This document shows, piece after piece, positions 23,872 to 35,100 of a stretch of DNA of 64,000 nucleotides. Numbering within the stretch: the stretch's first letter is position 1; every line of letters begins with the position of its first letter. The translations under genes and the position numbers were made by a program. Source of the DNA: Paraphysomonas bandaiensis (taxonomy: Eukaryota > Protista > Chrysophyceae); assembly GCA_965644295.1 (NCBI GenBank), contig CBFFRP010000358.1, positions 62,001 through 126,000 on the forward strand, given 5' to 3'. The notes below the pieces were generated by a model. That model searched no databases and was not told the DNA's origin. It was given only the letters and a program-made list of their open reading frames with translations.

Positions 23872-26091
23872 TCAATTCGGTGATTGCAATACATTTTTGG
23901 TTTCTGGCGAAGAAAAAACATCAAGTTTTAAATCGACTGGCCCTTGTGATAGAGATGATTTGTGACCACGGTATCGGCAGCAATATGCACAACATCCACA
24001 CACGCCGCAACAACCCGCAATTGCGATGAAAACAAAGACAATCACCCAGGCAGCCTTCATTTCGGTTTTGCAATAGCGTACGTGACCTTCAATCTTAATG
24101 AAACAGTTGTAGAGATCTTCGTTTGCCCCACAGTTTTCGTCATCATCATAATTAGGATCATTCGTGCCATAATCGTCGCATACACACATATCGCACTTAA
24201 TATACTTTCCCTCATCGTTTGAAGCATCATGAAAACAATCTGTAGCAGGACCACACATAGAGTCGTACATACTGGTTGGAGCTGCAGTTGGAGTTCTCGT
24301 AGAGGATAAGGTGTAACGCACATACAGGCTGCTGCCTTCATACGCACAGAATGTTCCCACATCACTCGTGCCAATTACCTCAACCTGAAGATTGCCGTTG
24401 ATATCAACCAGTTGATCAATTTCTAATTGTCGAAAACACTTGTAGAAAGCTTCTCCACAAGCATCGTCAGGGTTACACACACCATAACCCACTCCATTGA
24501 CGGTAACATTTGCGTACTCATCAGACCCATCAAAATCTGTAGGAAACACCTCCACAGTAAGATATTTAGGGTGGGTTGCGTCAACTGCAGTAAATGTATA
24601 TTTCACTCCTTCATCAGCATCAGCTGTTCCTCCTTCAAATTCCTGTATCAATACGGTAGGTGATAGAGAGGTAATAACATGGGTTGGATAATGAGTAGGA
24701 TCATTTGTAGGAGTTGTGGTAGGCGAATAGGTGGGTGGATTCGTTACTCCAGTTGCTGTCGGAGATTGGGTGGAAGCAATTGTTGGAGTTGTAGTGGGCA
24801 ATAGAGTAGGCGCATTGGTTGGGGTAGATGTAGGAGCATGGGTGGGGGTAGAAGTAAGTGGTGGTGTATTAGCATTCGTAGGAGTCGTGGTAGGCGATTG
24901 GGTGGAAGCGAATGTTGGAGTTGTAGTGGGCAATAGAGTAGGCGCATTGGTTGGGGTAGATGTAGGAGCATGGGTGGGGGTAGAAGTATGTGGTGGTGTA
25001 TTACTATACCATCGGATGCTGTCGTCTCCATAAGAAGCAGACAGAATATCAATTGTGGAGTCACCATTAATATCAACAGCATACACAGAACGCACTGAGG
25101 AAGCACTTGAAGTTATAGTGTGAGGTGTGAATGATTGAAAACCATTATTCTCATACCACACAACTGAATTCAAGTCTCTCAGAGCAGACACTACATCCAT
25201 ATCACCATCACCATCAATATCAGATGCATACACGGAATATGCACCATCAGCAGACGACTGTATGGTATGTGCTGTGAATGATTGAAAACCATTGTTCTCA
25301 TACCAGACCACTTTATTTACATCGTATGATGCAGATAATACGTCAATGTCGCCATCATTGTCCATATCAATAGCATAGACAGCACCAACTGCGCTGCTCG
25401 ATATTATATGATATTCAAAATTTTCAGAACCATCATTCTCATGCCAGTGAAGACCATCACTAAGACTGTAGGCAGATAGTATATCCATGTCACCATCACC
25501 ATCCATATCAATAGCATACACAGCTCTGGCACTATTAAGTGTATTCGCTATCCTATGTGACGTGAAACTCTGCAATCCGTTATTCTCATACCAATTAATT
25601 TCCCCGTCATACTCTCCAGCAGAAAGAACGTCAATGTCTCCATCGTTATCTATGTCAATGGCAAACACCGAGCGCGGCCCATTGGACCAGGTTTCAATTA
25701 AATGCCGCGTAAACGCCTGAGCTCCATCATTCTCAAACCAATAGATCTCATCGCCTGTATATGCAGTAGCAAGAACGTCAATGTCATTATCTCCATCCAT
25801 GTCTATAGCAAACACACAGCTTGCACCCCTGACAGTTGTGGATATGTCATGCACCATAAAGCCACCCACTCCATTGTTCTCATACCACGCTATCCTGTCA
25901 TCATGTTGGGATGCAGACAGGACATCTATATCTCCATCACCATCCATATCGATTGCAAACACTGATTCGGCTCCATCTGCAGCGGAGGATATCGTATGAG
26001 GGTTGAAAGACGCAGCATAGCATTGGCTTGTGTACAATGCATGAAGAGTAAGCACAATGAGCTGTTGCATCTGGGACAACTGGAGTAACAT
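23872..26091 (-). CDS. Type-I membrane protein: signal peptide, 7 FG-GAP/VCBS-type repeats (beta-propeller), P/T stalk, Cys-rich domain, TM, Cys-rich tail; intronless, about 739 aa
   Basis: Seven DxDGDGDxD-type loops with WYEN motifs; TPTNAPT repeats with an internal duplication; TM AWVIVFVFIAIAG. The ORF-track N-terminal MYVC run is microsatellite; real start is ATG 26091 or 26070. Confidence 0.85.
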   Translation of the reverse strand: MLLQLSQMQQLIVLTLHALYTSQCYAASFNPHTISSAADGAESVFAIDMDGDGDIDVLSASQHDDRIAWYENNGVGGFMVHDISTTVRGASCVFAIDMDGDNDIDVLATAYTGDEIYWFENDGAQAFTRHLIETWSNGPRSVFAIDIDNDGDIDVLSAGEYDGEINWYENNGLQSFTSHRIANTLNSARAVYAIDMDGDGDMDILSAYSLSDGLHWHENDGSENFEYHIISSSAVGAVYAIDMDNDGDIDVLSASYDVNKVVWYENNGFQSFTAHTIQSSADGAYSVYASDIDGDGDMDVVSALRDLNSVVWYENNGFQSFTPHTITSSASSVRSVYAVDINGDSTIDILSASYGDDSIRWYSNTPPHTSTPTHAPTSTPTNAPTLLPTTTPTFASTQSPTTTPTNANTPPLTSTPTHAPTSTPTNAPTLLPTTTPTIASTQSPTATGVTNPPTYSPTTTPTNDPTHYPTHVITSLSPTVLIQEFEGGTADADEGVKYTFTAVDATHPKYLTVEVFPTDFDGSDEYANVTVNGVGYGVCNPDDACGEAFYKCFRQLEIDQLVDINGNLQVEVIGTSDVGTFCAYEGSSLYVRYTLSSTRTPTAAPTSMYDSMCGPATDCFHDASNDEGKYIKCDMCVCDDYGTNDPNYDDDENCGANEDLYNCFIKIEGHVRYCKTEMKAAWVIVFVFIAIAGCCGVCGCCAYCCRYRGHKSSLSQGPVDLKLDVFSSPETKNVLQSPN

Positions 26092-26231
26092 TGCAGTTAT
26101 ATTCAAGGGTTTGAGAGATAGACTTAAGTGAGCATGCTGAATGCCGCGAATATACATACACATGTACATATATACCCAAATAGGTCGAATATTAGGACAT
26201 AGACCACACAAAAGAAAATTCTTCAACACGG

Positions 26232-26556
26232 ATACATACATACATACATACATACATACATACATACATACATACATACATACATACATAAATACATACA
26301 TACATACATACATACATACATACATACATACATACATACATACATACATACATACATACATACATACATACATACATACATACATACATACATACATACA
26401 TACATACATACATACATACATACATACATACATACATACATACATACATACATACATACATACATACATACATACATACATACATACATACATACATACA
26501 TACATACCTACATACATATACACCTACATACATACCTACATACATACATACATACA

Positions 26557-26588
<32 letters not shown>

Positions 26589-26667
26589 CATACTGTACAT
26601 ACATACATACATACATACATACATACATACATACATACATACATACATACATACATACATACATACA

Positions 26668-26697
<30 letters not shown>
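26232..26697. repeat. (CATA)n microsatellite, continued at 29216-29294 after the Ginger insertion
   Basis: Long TACA array about 140 bp upstream of the FG-GAP ATG. Confidence 0.97.
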
Positions 26698-26698
<1 letters not shown>

Positions 26699-29215
26699 GT
26701 TACGACCCGTGAGAAAAATGTGCCAGTCGATGAACTGTTCATCGACTGGCAGTTTTTGACTATCACTCAAAAACCCACCAAGAAAGTGAACCCGTCAGTG
26801 AAGTGGCTTATCCAGCCGTGTTTTTTTTCATTCCACCCACATACCATCGTAAGATATCGTAGTTGATGATTATCGCTCAATGCAACAGCATGATAGTAAT
26901 ATAAGTGCTACATATATCATTGTATCAAACAAGAAGGAATGATATCGGTGGTTAAAACTGTCTCATCAGGAGCACTGTACGACCAGAAGTTGCATCGTCA
27001 GTAGACGACAACACTAGATCTATCACTGATTCCATTAAAATTGAAGAACACAAACGACTGTTCTATCTGAATGCACAAAATGCTTTCGCAAATTCAATTA
27101 TTCAACTATGAATAATGTTATCGAGGGCCATGAACCAGAGGAATGTACAGTTGTGGCTTCAGCGAATGAGTCTGTTGCAGTATTGGTAAATGAGCACGGT
27201 GATACTCCATCAAGAGGGGCGAAAAGTAAAGCAGTGAGTGCCGCACTAGCTGAACAAGGCGAAAGGATGAAAAGATTTTCCACGTCTGGCACTCCAACCG
27301 ATGAGGCGGAACTCCTACAGGTGGGTAGTGTTGTTTTAGTCAAACCACATCAGGTGGACCGAGGACAAGTTGATGAAATCAGGTTTCCAGCTGTTGTTGT
27401 TGAGGTTACCCCCAATGAATTACTTCGTCTGTACGCTCCCAGGGGAGTTTTAAACTCGTGTTATAACCGATCAGATCTGATTCACGAGCCGAATAAGACC
27501 CCTGCTTCATACCAACGTCATCTTGGAAACTATGAGAACTGGAGAAATTCGAAGACTATATCAGAGAGAGAAACTGCAACTATGTTTTCTCCATCCTTTG
27601 GACAGGGGTTTAGTAATTGTAGTTGCAAGGGTAAGTGCAACAGTAATAAATGTGTGTGCAAGAAGAATGGATTTCTCTGTAACTAGGTGCCACAAAAGCA
27701 ATTTGCTTGCGTATTGTAACAAGTAGTTGGTGCCATAGTAAACTACAGACTACTACTTAACTGAGTAGAAAAACAACCTTAACAAGTAACATGAATCTTA
27801 TTTGGTACTGGTTGCATGAATCTTATTAGCAACTAGTGATATATAAATCGCTATTTATTAACATCATCAGTACATCAGCTCTAAGTATTTTAGTAGCTAT
27901 TTACCTTAATATTGTGTCCACTGTCTGCAGATGATGATGATATACTGTCTGCAGATGATATATGTAATGAATAGAGTGTAGAAAGCCTATCACATAATAG
28001 TCATATTATTGAGTAGATCTTCATTCATATAGAGTCGATATTCATAATAATTGTACATATTCAAACATGGAATATGTACAAGCGAAAGCATATACAATAG
28101 AGAGCTCATAGTATAAAGTAACCCGATAGCTGGTTACTACAAGTAACATGAATATTATTTGCTACTAGTGATATAAACTAACATCACTAGTACATCAGTT
28201 ATAACTAATGTAATCAGTTGTTATCGTACAGCCTATAAGGAGTATCCGCTGTCATCATATATGTAACGAATATAGAGTATCATCTGTACAATAGTACTGC
28301 ATTAATTAAAAACATCAGTATATCAGTTATAAGTAATTTAGTCACTATTTACCTTGTTATCGTGTCCACTGTATGGGGAAGTGGACCAACTAATGTCCCC
28401 CAGGGACACAGCACTCTGCAGTTGATGTAACGCACATACTGGAAGAATTCCTCACCACGGGTTAATGGCACCGTCGAAGATCCGATGCGAACTTACTCAC
28501 AGACATTGGTCCAAAGCTAGGAGATATTACAGACCCCAACCACCAATGGGACCTACATCAATACATCCTCAGGCGAGACAGCACGTACGCTACACAAACG
28601 CAGCGAGACCCGCAGTATTGGACCCGCAGTGGAACGAGGCTCCCACACAAACTCCATCCAATCCGCACCCATAACTCCCCTAACACTACATCTCTTTCCC
28701 AGACCGCATACGCGAAACGGTATACGTCTGGAACAAATTCTATGCAATGGGAAGAAATCGAGTCAAAAGCAAAACCGGGATTGACCAGACAACAGCTGCC
28801 GCATGCATAGACTGTAGAATCACCAATCAGAGAATATGACAAACCAAGTTAGTAAGACTATAGATATATACATAGCTTCTAGTCACAACCGTTCCCATGT
28901 AAAAATAAGATATTCTTATGTCTTATCCATGCTCTCATGAAGAAGGAAGTAGCACTGAAGAGGGATACAGATATCTATCTTGATACTGAAGGCTGGTAGG
29001 CTGGAATAGCATCTTGTGGGCTAATAATCAGGAGCTCTTATGATCATAGTTATGAGATGCTGTCTGCTGATATCATACGCTGGGTATCCGAGTGGACTTG
29101 CTGTATACTTGACTGTATTTCCCGTATATCGTTTCCTTTCAACATCATCAAACCAGTCGATGAACTGGCAGGTGCCAGTTCATCGACTGGTTTATTTTTC
29201 TCACGGGTTGTAACA
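26698..29215 (+). mobile_element. Ginger-like (integrase-type) DNA transposon, non-autonomous deletion derivative
   Basis: TIR tgttacgacccgtgagaaaaat / atttttctcacgggttgtaaca (1 mismatch); TGT...ACA termini; flanked by cata on both sides; internal transposase C-terminal remnant. Confidence 0.8.
27108..27726 (+). pseudogene. Ginger2/KRBA2-like transposase C-terminal region (no DDE core seen; frameshift near 27683)
   Basis: VGSVVLV...VDRG...VVVEV...GVLN..YNR and GQGFSNCSCKGKCNSNKCVCKKNGFLCN/TRCH...CNK, the Cys-rich tail typical of this group. Confidence 0.7.
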
Positions 29216-29245
29216 CATACATACATACATACATACATACATACA

Positions 29246-29277
<32 letters not shown>

Positions 29278-30120
29278 CATACTGTACATACATACAGGGG
29301 GTGGTTGTTATTCATTGAAAAGTCATCGTTTTTTTATTAGTGAAAAGTGAAAAAGTGTCTTTTTAATGAAAAATTGATTTGGCCGTCCCCGAAGGGGAGG
29401 GCCCGTCCCTCATATAATACTGCCACCCCGTCCCTGAGGGACGGGCACCACGACGCCCTCAGTTTTTAGTTCCGTAAAAACCCCATTTTTATATATGAGA
29501 TGATGTGTACATGACATGAGTGTGTTTGTACTGCTGTACATAGGAGTGTGTGTACTGCTGCATGTAATATAGCAGTACTCAGCAGTACAGTATGATGGAG
29601 TGAGCATATCTTACTATTAATAGTATTGTGGTTCGTTGCTTCGGTTAGCATCCACTGATCGAAATGAGGAATCAAGCTTCGAACAGATAGCGGTTGTTCT
29701 CATCTTTGAGATGGATGTCTGGAGATCTGGAGTTGTGTAAAATGATGATTTTCAATGAACCACCCCCTGCTCCAGAGCTGAAGGAGTTGTGTGTGATGGT
29801 TAGCTATACCGCCCAATGCTGCATACTAAAGCAACGACTACATATCAGATTATCAAAGATGCGTATGAAGAATTCGATGAAACTAAGTGATAGCTAGACA
29901 AACAAGAAGGTGTAGAGAATGTCAACTGCTTATACTGCATACTGCATGTATGTGTATGTCGTGTGAAGCAGTTCAAGCGAAATGAGATGACTACAGCAGA
30001 GGAAAGAAGCACAGCAAGTGGGTTCAGAAGCATATATAGGGTGTTTTCAGTGTGGAAGCAAAGACCACAAGGCTAAGAGTGAAGAGTTCATCGACGAGGT
30101 GGTGCCAATATGTAGAGGAC

Positions 30121-30405
30121 TGCCCCATATTGACAGCGTAACTAATTACTGCGTGCGGCCCTCTAGTGGGTACTGCCGAGTGCTGCGATTGCTCGCCTCT
30201 ACCTATGTACACATTGCTTAGTTCAGCAGTTCCCCACTCTGGGTTCTCACTGCATATTCAGCGCTGAATACCGTGTGATAATGATGTAGCTAGTAGGGTT
30301 CAGTAGGTAGCTAGCAAATAACGTATGGGACTTAAATCAAGTATTAGTTAGGTACCCACCCGACCCCCACCTGTATCTACCTAAGTACGCGCTCAGAATG
30401 GGGCA
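30121..30405 (-). mobile_element. 285-bp MITE, right copy (inverted)
   Basis: Reverse complement of 20974-21258 with about 7 substitutions. Confidence 0.75.
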
Positions 30406-31027
30406 CAGTGTAGTGTACATGCAAGCATACATGTAATAATAATATACACAATAGATATCACTAGTGAGGTTCTCACTCGTCCTGATGTAGCCATACAAGT
30501 ATCCAACCATAGTTAGCAATCGCACAATAATCCCCAGACAGTAGATAGCCAGATCTTTATCACGGGAGTAATAGTTTAACGCCACAGCGTTACACTACCA
30601 TATCCCACTCCTCTTACGTAACTGCTAAAGAACAGTTGTAGCACGGCTGCACACTGTGAGATACCTGTAAAATATTCAATAGAAAAAATCGGTTGAACAC
30701 ACCAGAAACCAAGGTAATAAGAATTTCAAGGCATCAAGAACTTCAAATGTTGTACATGAATTTTCCCAAGCAAGGGAGTAGCTAGTACCTCTCGGAACGG
30801 GGGGTATATTTCAATGGGGGCAATTAAATTAGTTTTCTCTGTTACTTAAACACATGTGAAGCTTATGTAAGTAACACTACAATTAAGTACACCATACACC
30901 TCATAAAGTACAAAATATATGCTTCAAGAGGCAAATATTATATCACATCAGTATTCGAAATATCGGACTACGAGAAGGGTTTGTTGAACAAACTTCAAAT
31001 AATTGCACTAACTACAATCTATTTCAC

Positions 31028-31720
31028 CTACGACATTGCTAGGCGTTTTTTCACGCTATCAGGGGCATCTCTGGCCACCAACCATGTGCGATCTCTTTTT
31101 CTTGCTACCCGAGGGCTATCAAGATAGGCATGAAGGCGCACATTATCACTATTAGGAAATCCCGCACCACTATGAACAAGGTCTCCCCTAAAGACAATTA
31201 TATCTGATTTGTTCAGTAAGATAGTTTCACGAGGGTATATCGTAGACTTCGCATTCTTGCCAGTAGACATTCCCACTGAGTGTCGCCATATATGAAAAGG
31301 TGTATTATCTTCAAGCGCCACAACTGCTCCAAGCGGAACGAGCTCATCAACACATTCTGAGAACTCTTTTGTAGGCAAATAATCACAGTGGGCGGCCTGA
31401 TGTCGGCAGCCTTTGTACGACTTAAGTACCACCCATGTTTTTTTTCGGCACAGAGAAGGGAACTCAACATTAAAGAGCAGTTCGATGTTGTGGATAAGAT
31501 CTCCAAACATGTCTTTGTTCCGGACGGTCTTCTGCCGCCTCTTGTTGTCATTGTGATATGCTGATTCATTGTGGTTAAATATACACACGCCGCCCTTGTT
31601 CATGAGCTGTCGGGCGGTTTCGACATGACAGTCCTCGACCTTAATCTGATTCCTTAAAACAAAGAAGCCGTGCTGGTGCAGCGTGCGGTGATTCATATCG
31701 TCAGAAGGCTCAGAGCTCAT
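31028..31720 (-). CDS. PhyH-like 2OG-Fe(II) dioxygenase, intronless
   Basis: HGFFVLR, QAAHCDY (HxD) and IVFRGDLVHSGAG...NVRLHAYLD. Confidence 0.8.
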   Translation of the reverse strand: MSSEPSDDMNHRTLHQHGFFVLRNQIKVEDCHVETARQLMNKGGVCIFNHNESAYHNDNKRRQKTVRNKDMFGDLIHNIELLFNVEFPSLCRKKTWVVLKSYKGCRHQAAHCDYLPTKEFSECVDELVPLGAVVALEDNTPFHIWRHSVGMSTGKNAKSTIYPRETILLNKSDIIVFRGDLVHSGAGFPNSDNVRLHAYLDSPRVARKRDRTWLVARDAPDSVKKRLAMS

Positions 31721-32178
31721 AGACTACGCCACTCGACATCTATTCACGATGAAACAACACCACTGAGAAGATAAGAACAAGAACAAGGCAGTGGTGGGGT
31801 ATGTTCTGTGTATGCAGAAGTCTGGCAGTCGGGGGGGCCTTCTACACCTACTGAACTATACACATACACACTCCACAGCTGGTGTACCATCACCCTACAG
31901 AGAAATCGTATAGCAAGCGGTACGGTGTACACTGAGGGACTAGGGGAATTTCTGAGGAATATGAAGTGCTGTCCAACCGAGTGTTTTTTTTGGACCATTG
32001 TACAGAATACAAAATCCAGGATTTCAGACTTCGGACTTGAAAAAACCTAAATATTAATATACATATAGCAGTTTCCTAGTAGATGTTGAGGCGGTGGGAT
32101 CAGAATCAGAATGTCGGGTATGGCTGTATGGGCGGAATCTAATCTCATGATATGACACGGCAGCACACCAATACAGGC

Positions 32179-35100
32179 ATGTGTCCTTCGAATCCCTTTT
32201 TATTTTCTACATACAGACTATTAGCGGTGTGGGTGTTGTTATATGCGGCTGATGCGTACCCCTATAAGCTCGGCTGCGGTCGATCGACCGCCCCCGGGAG
32301 CTTCATAATGGGCAGACAGGTCACAGTGAGCTCATCCAGGTAGAGGCGTGTTAGTCTGTCGGTATTTCTGTGTGTTGCTTATCGGTAAGCAGGACTGTGA
32401 CTGTGAGACGGGGAGGGCAGGAAGTGCAGTCAGGGTCCAGCTACGAGCCCGGCGAGACTCTGACTGTAACTGTCAGTAACAGTGAAGGGTATGTGCTACT
32501 GGAGGCATCAGGTCAATAGCACTGATATTAGATGACTCTATCCCTATGTGGTGTAATTGCGCACTGTTCATTAGTAATACTGTTGTATCCAGGTGGTGCA
32601 CAATTCTCAGGAGGGTCCTGCTCAAAGAGAAGATTTGAGGGCTCTTCTAGTATGGTAGCCATGCCTGTTGATGGTTCCACTGTTCAGATATGGGCACTGT
32701 GGGCGACTTGCTATTGCCAAGTGAAAAGCACTTCACTGATAACACTCAAAGCTCAAACGTCCTCTCCAACTGCGACTCCAACAACTCCTCCATCGTATCA
32801 GCCTACGTTTCTACCAACACTTTGTCCCACTGAATCTCCTACAATATGGCCAACAGCTATCCCTACAACACACCCAACTAGTGTGCCGACAGGATCCCCT
32901 TCGCTTTATTTAACCGAATCCGCAGTTCCATCTGTAACCCTTCAACCCAGCTCCCCCACATCCCCTCCATCGATTGCTCCCAGTCCAAGCCCTACAGATA
33001 CACCTACTGCTTATCCCTCATCTACGCCTACCAATATCCCTAGCCATGACCCTACTTGGGGACCTTCAGGAATTCCAAGCTCTGCTCCCACTCCGCTTCC
33101 GACCTCACTCGTCCATGCACCAGCCCCTGCACAAACTATTACCCCCACGCGGTTGCTGCCGGTACGATACACTCTGAGTGCTGTTATATCCGCGCGCGGG
33201 ATACTGCTCTCGGACCTTGACCTTTATATGAAACAGATCCTTCGAATTTTCTCAGATGCTCTAGCCCTGGAAGTAAATCGTCTATCTGTCAAGCCAATAG
33301 TAGAGCGAGCGGGCTCTTCTTCGACAATAGATACCTCTCAATCAAGAGCACTTTTAGAATCTCCATTTGAGAGTCAGTTTTTGTTGTCTGCTGTAGCGTA
33401 CGAATCGCAGTTTGATGCAGAACATTCTGCACAAATTCTAAGTAGTTTTCTGGAAGATTCCTCTTCATCGGGTTTTCGATCTCAGCTGTATGAAATGACA
33501 TCTTTGAATGTAACAACTGTTGCACTGTACGGAGTTGATATACTTCAATTTTACGAGATGTCGCGTTTTTCTTACATGTGTCAGATTAGTCCGAAGTTGT
33601 CCCTCCACTGGAGTATTACCAGTGGTTCGAAATCGGACTTTATAGTAGGTATGCTCTCATATCAAGGTATGTCATGGTTTGGTGGTGGTATAATCCACGC
33701 GGAATCGACATTGATGGTCGAAGACCCAGCCAATGTAGTGTATATGTGTACCTCGGTGGACTCTTGTGGTGTTTATGTTGTCACCAGCTACGGTGCCGGG
33801 GGAATCACACTGGACAGTAGATATCGCAATGGCTCTGGTATTTCTTACATGCATAGCACTAGTACAACCCAGTATTTGCATTTTCAGCGCCAGCGAGAAA
33901 CTGGTATAACCACCGATCCTGTTCTTGACCTAGGGATAGGTATGAGCAACAGATTAATTTGGGCTCATGGTGGAGAGTGGCCTACCAAACATAGCGATCG
34001 TGGAGTGGCGGCCGTTTACTGGAATGAGGGAAAATGCAAGGCACTCTCTGAGGAATACCCATCCACCTGGGTGTTGATCGTTGCTGGTGTTGTGATTCTA
34101 TTATCCCTCGCTACATTGTTGAATCACTGTCAAAATATTATTCCAGGAAAGTGTAAAACTCTTTTACATACTCAAGTGAGTGACATATTCCCATGTATTA
34201 GCTTTTTGCTCGCTGATGACCTAGGTTTGATCTCCCTGGGAGGACTTTTGCTTTCGAGTTTATTTTTGTGTTTGCTGGCGTGGTATGTACGTTCAACTGT
34301 GGAATTTTATGAATCAGAACGTGGCTATGCGAAGAACAGAGCGGTATCCATATCTGTCGGCCATGCCGCACTTTTTGTTATTTCCTTGGTGTCCTTGCCT
34401 GTGACGAAAATGCCGTACATTACTGTGTTAACAGGAGTAGCATATGACCGTATTACCAAGTATCACCGTAATCTGGGTCGTTTAGGCGTGTCACTTGTCG
34501 CAATTCATTTTCTAACGCTTTTAGATGTATGGGGTTATGACACTCTCTTCCAGAGTGACAGAATAGGTAGAGCAATTCCTGTATTTGGGTGGTTCGCTGG
34601 GTTGTGTTTTGTTGTTATGTCAATATTTGCTATGCATAGCATCAGAAGGAAATGGTTTAGTTTATTTCGATGGATGCATTTGCTTTTCATTCCTGGTGTT
34701 GGCCTCTTGTGTCTGCATATCCCGCAAGCGAAGTGGTTCTTGCTGCTACCCGTAGCGGTGTATATGATGGACATATTATTGAAGTGGAAGGCACTCGTCA
34801 CTCAGGTGGTGGTCACAGATGTAAAAGCTGTGGGTGATTCCTATACAATCTTGTCGCTGCGGTCTCACGAAATGAAAAGTTGTGCCCCTGGCTGCTTTGT
34901 GTGGTTGCATATCAGTCAAGTCTCAGCCACTCAATGGCATCCATTCAGTGTTTACAATTTCAATGAGCTTTCCGGCGAATTTGACGTTGCCATGAAAACA
35001 TGTCCTAGAGGGTGGACCGAAAAGGTAAATTTTAGGGTTAGAGAATCCCTTCCACTGAAAGTTCATGTCTTCGGGCCGTACGGGCAGTTGTCACTGGATC

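Larger units (their letters stand above)
20974..30405. mobile_element. Composite element bounded by inverted MITEs, about 1.1-kb inverted arms (20974-22084 / 29295-30405), 5-bp TSD CAGTG, carrying an FG-GAP gene
   Basis: Arms are reverse complements with a constant offset (coordinate sum 51379); termini TGCCCC...GGGGCA; CAGTG at 20969-20973 and 30406-30410. Confidence 0.75.

Noticed and set aside
26092-26866. MYVC/YIHT-repeat ORFs and N-terminal extensions (also 22029-22285, 29050-29350, 63864-63989)
   Set aside because: Stop-free translations of (TATG)n/(CATA)n microsatellites; real signal peptides or starts lie downstream.
28375-28870. GC-richer insert within the Ginger element, possibly a LINE fragment
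   Set aside because: No diagnostic motif or boundaries recognisable.
20974-30405. Polinton, endogenous virophage or PLV, suggested by long TIRs and a 5-bp TSD
   Set aside because: No pPolB, capsid, packaging ATPase, protease or intact integrase; the interior is host-like DNA.
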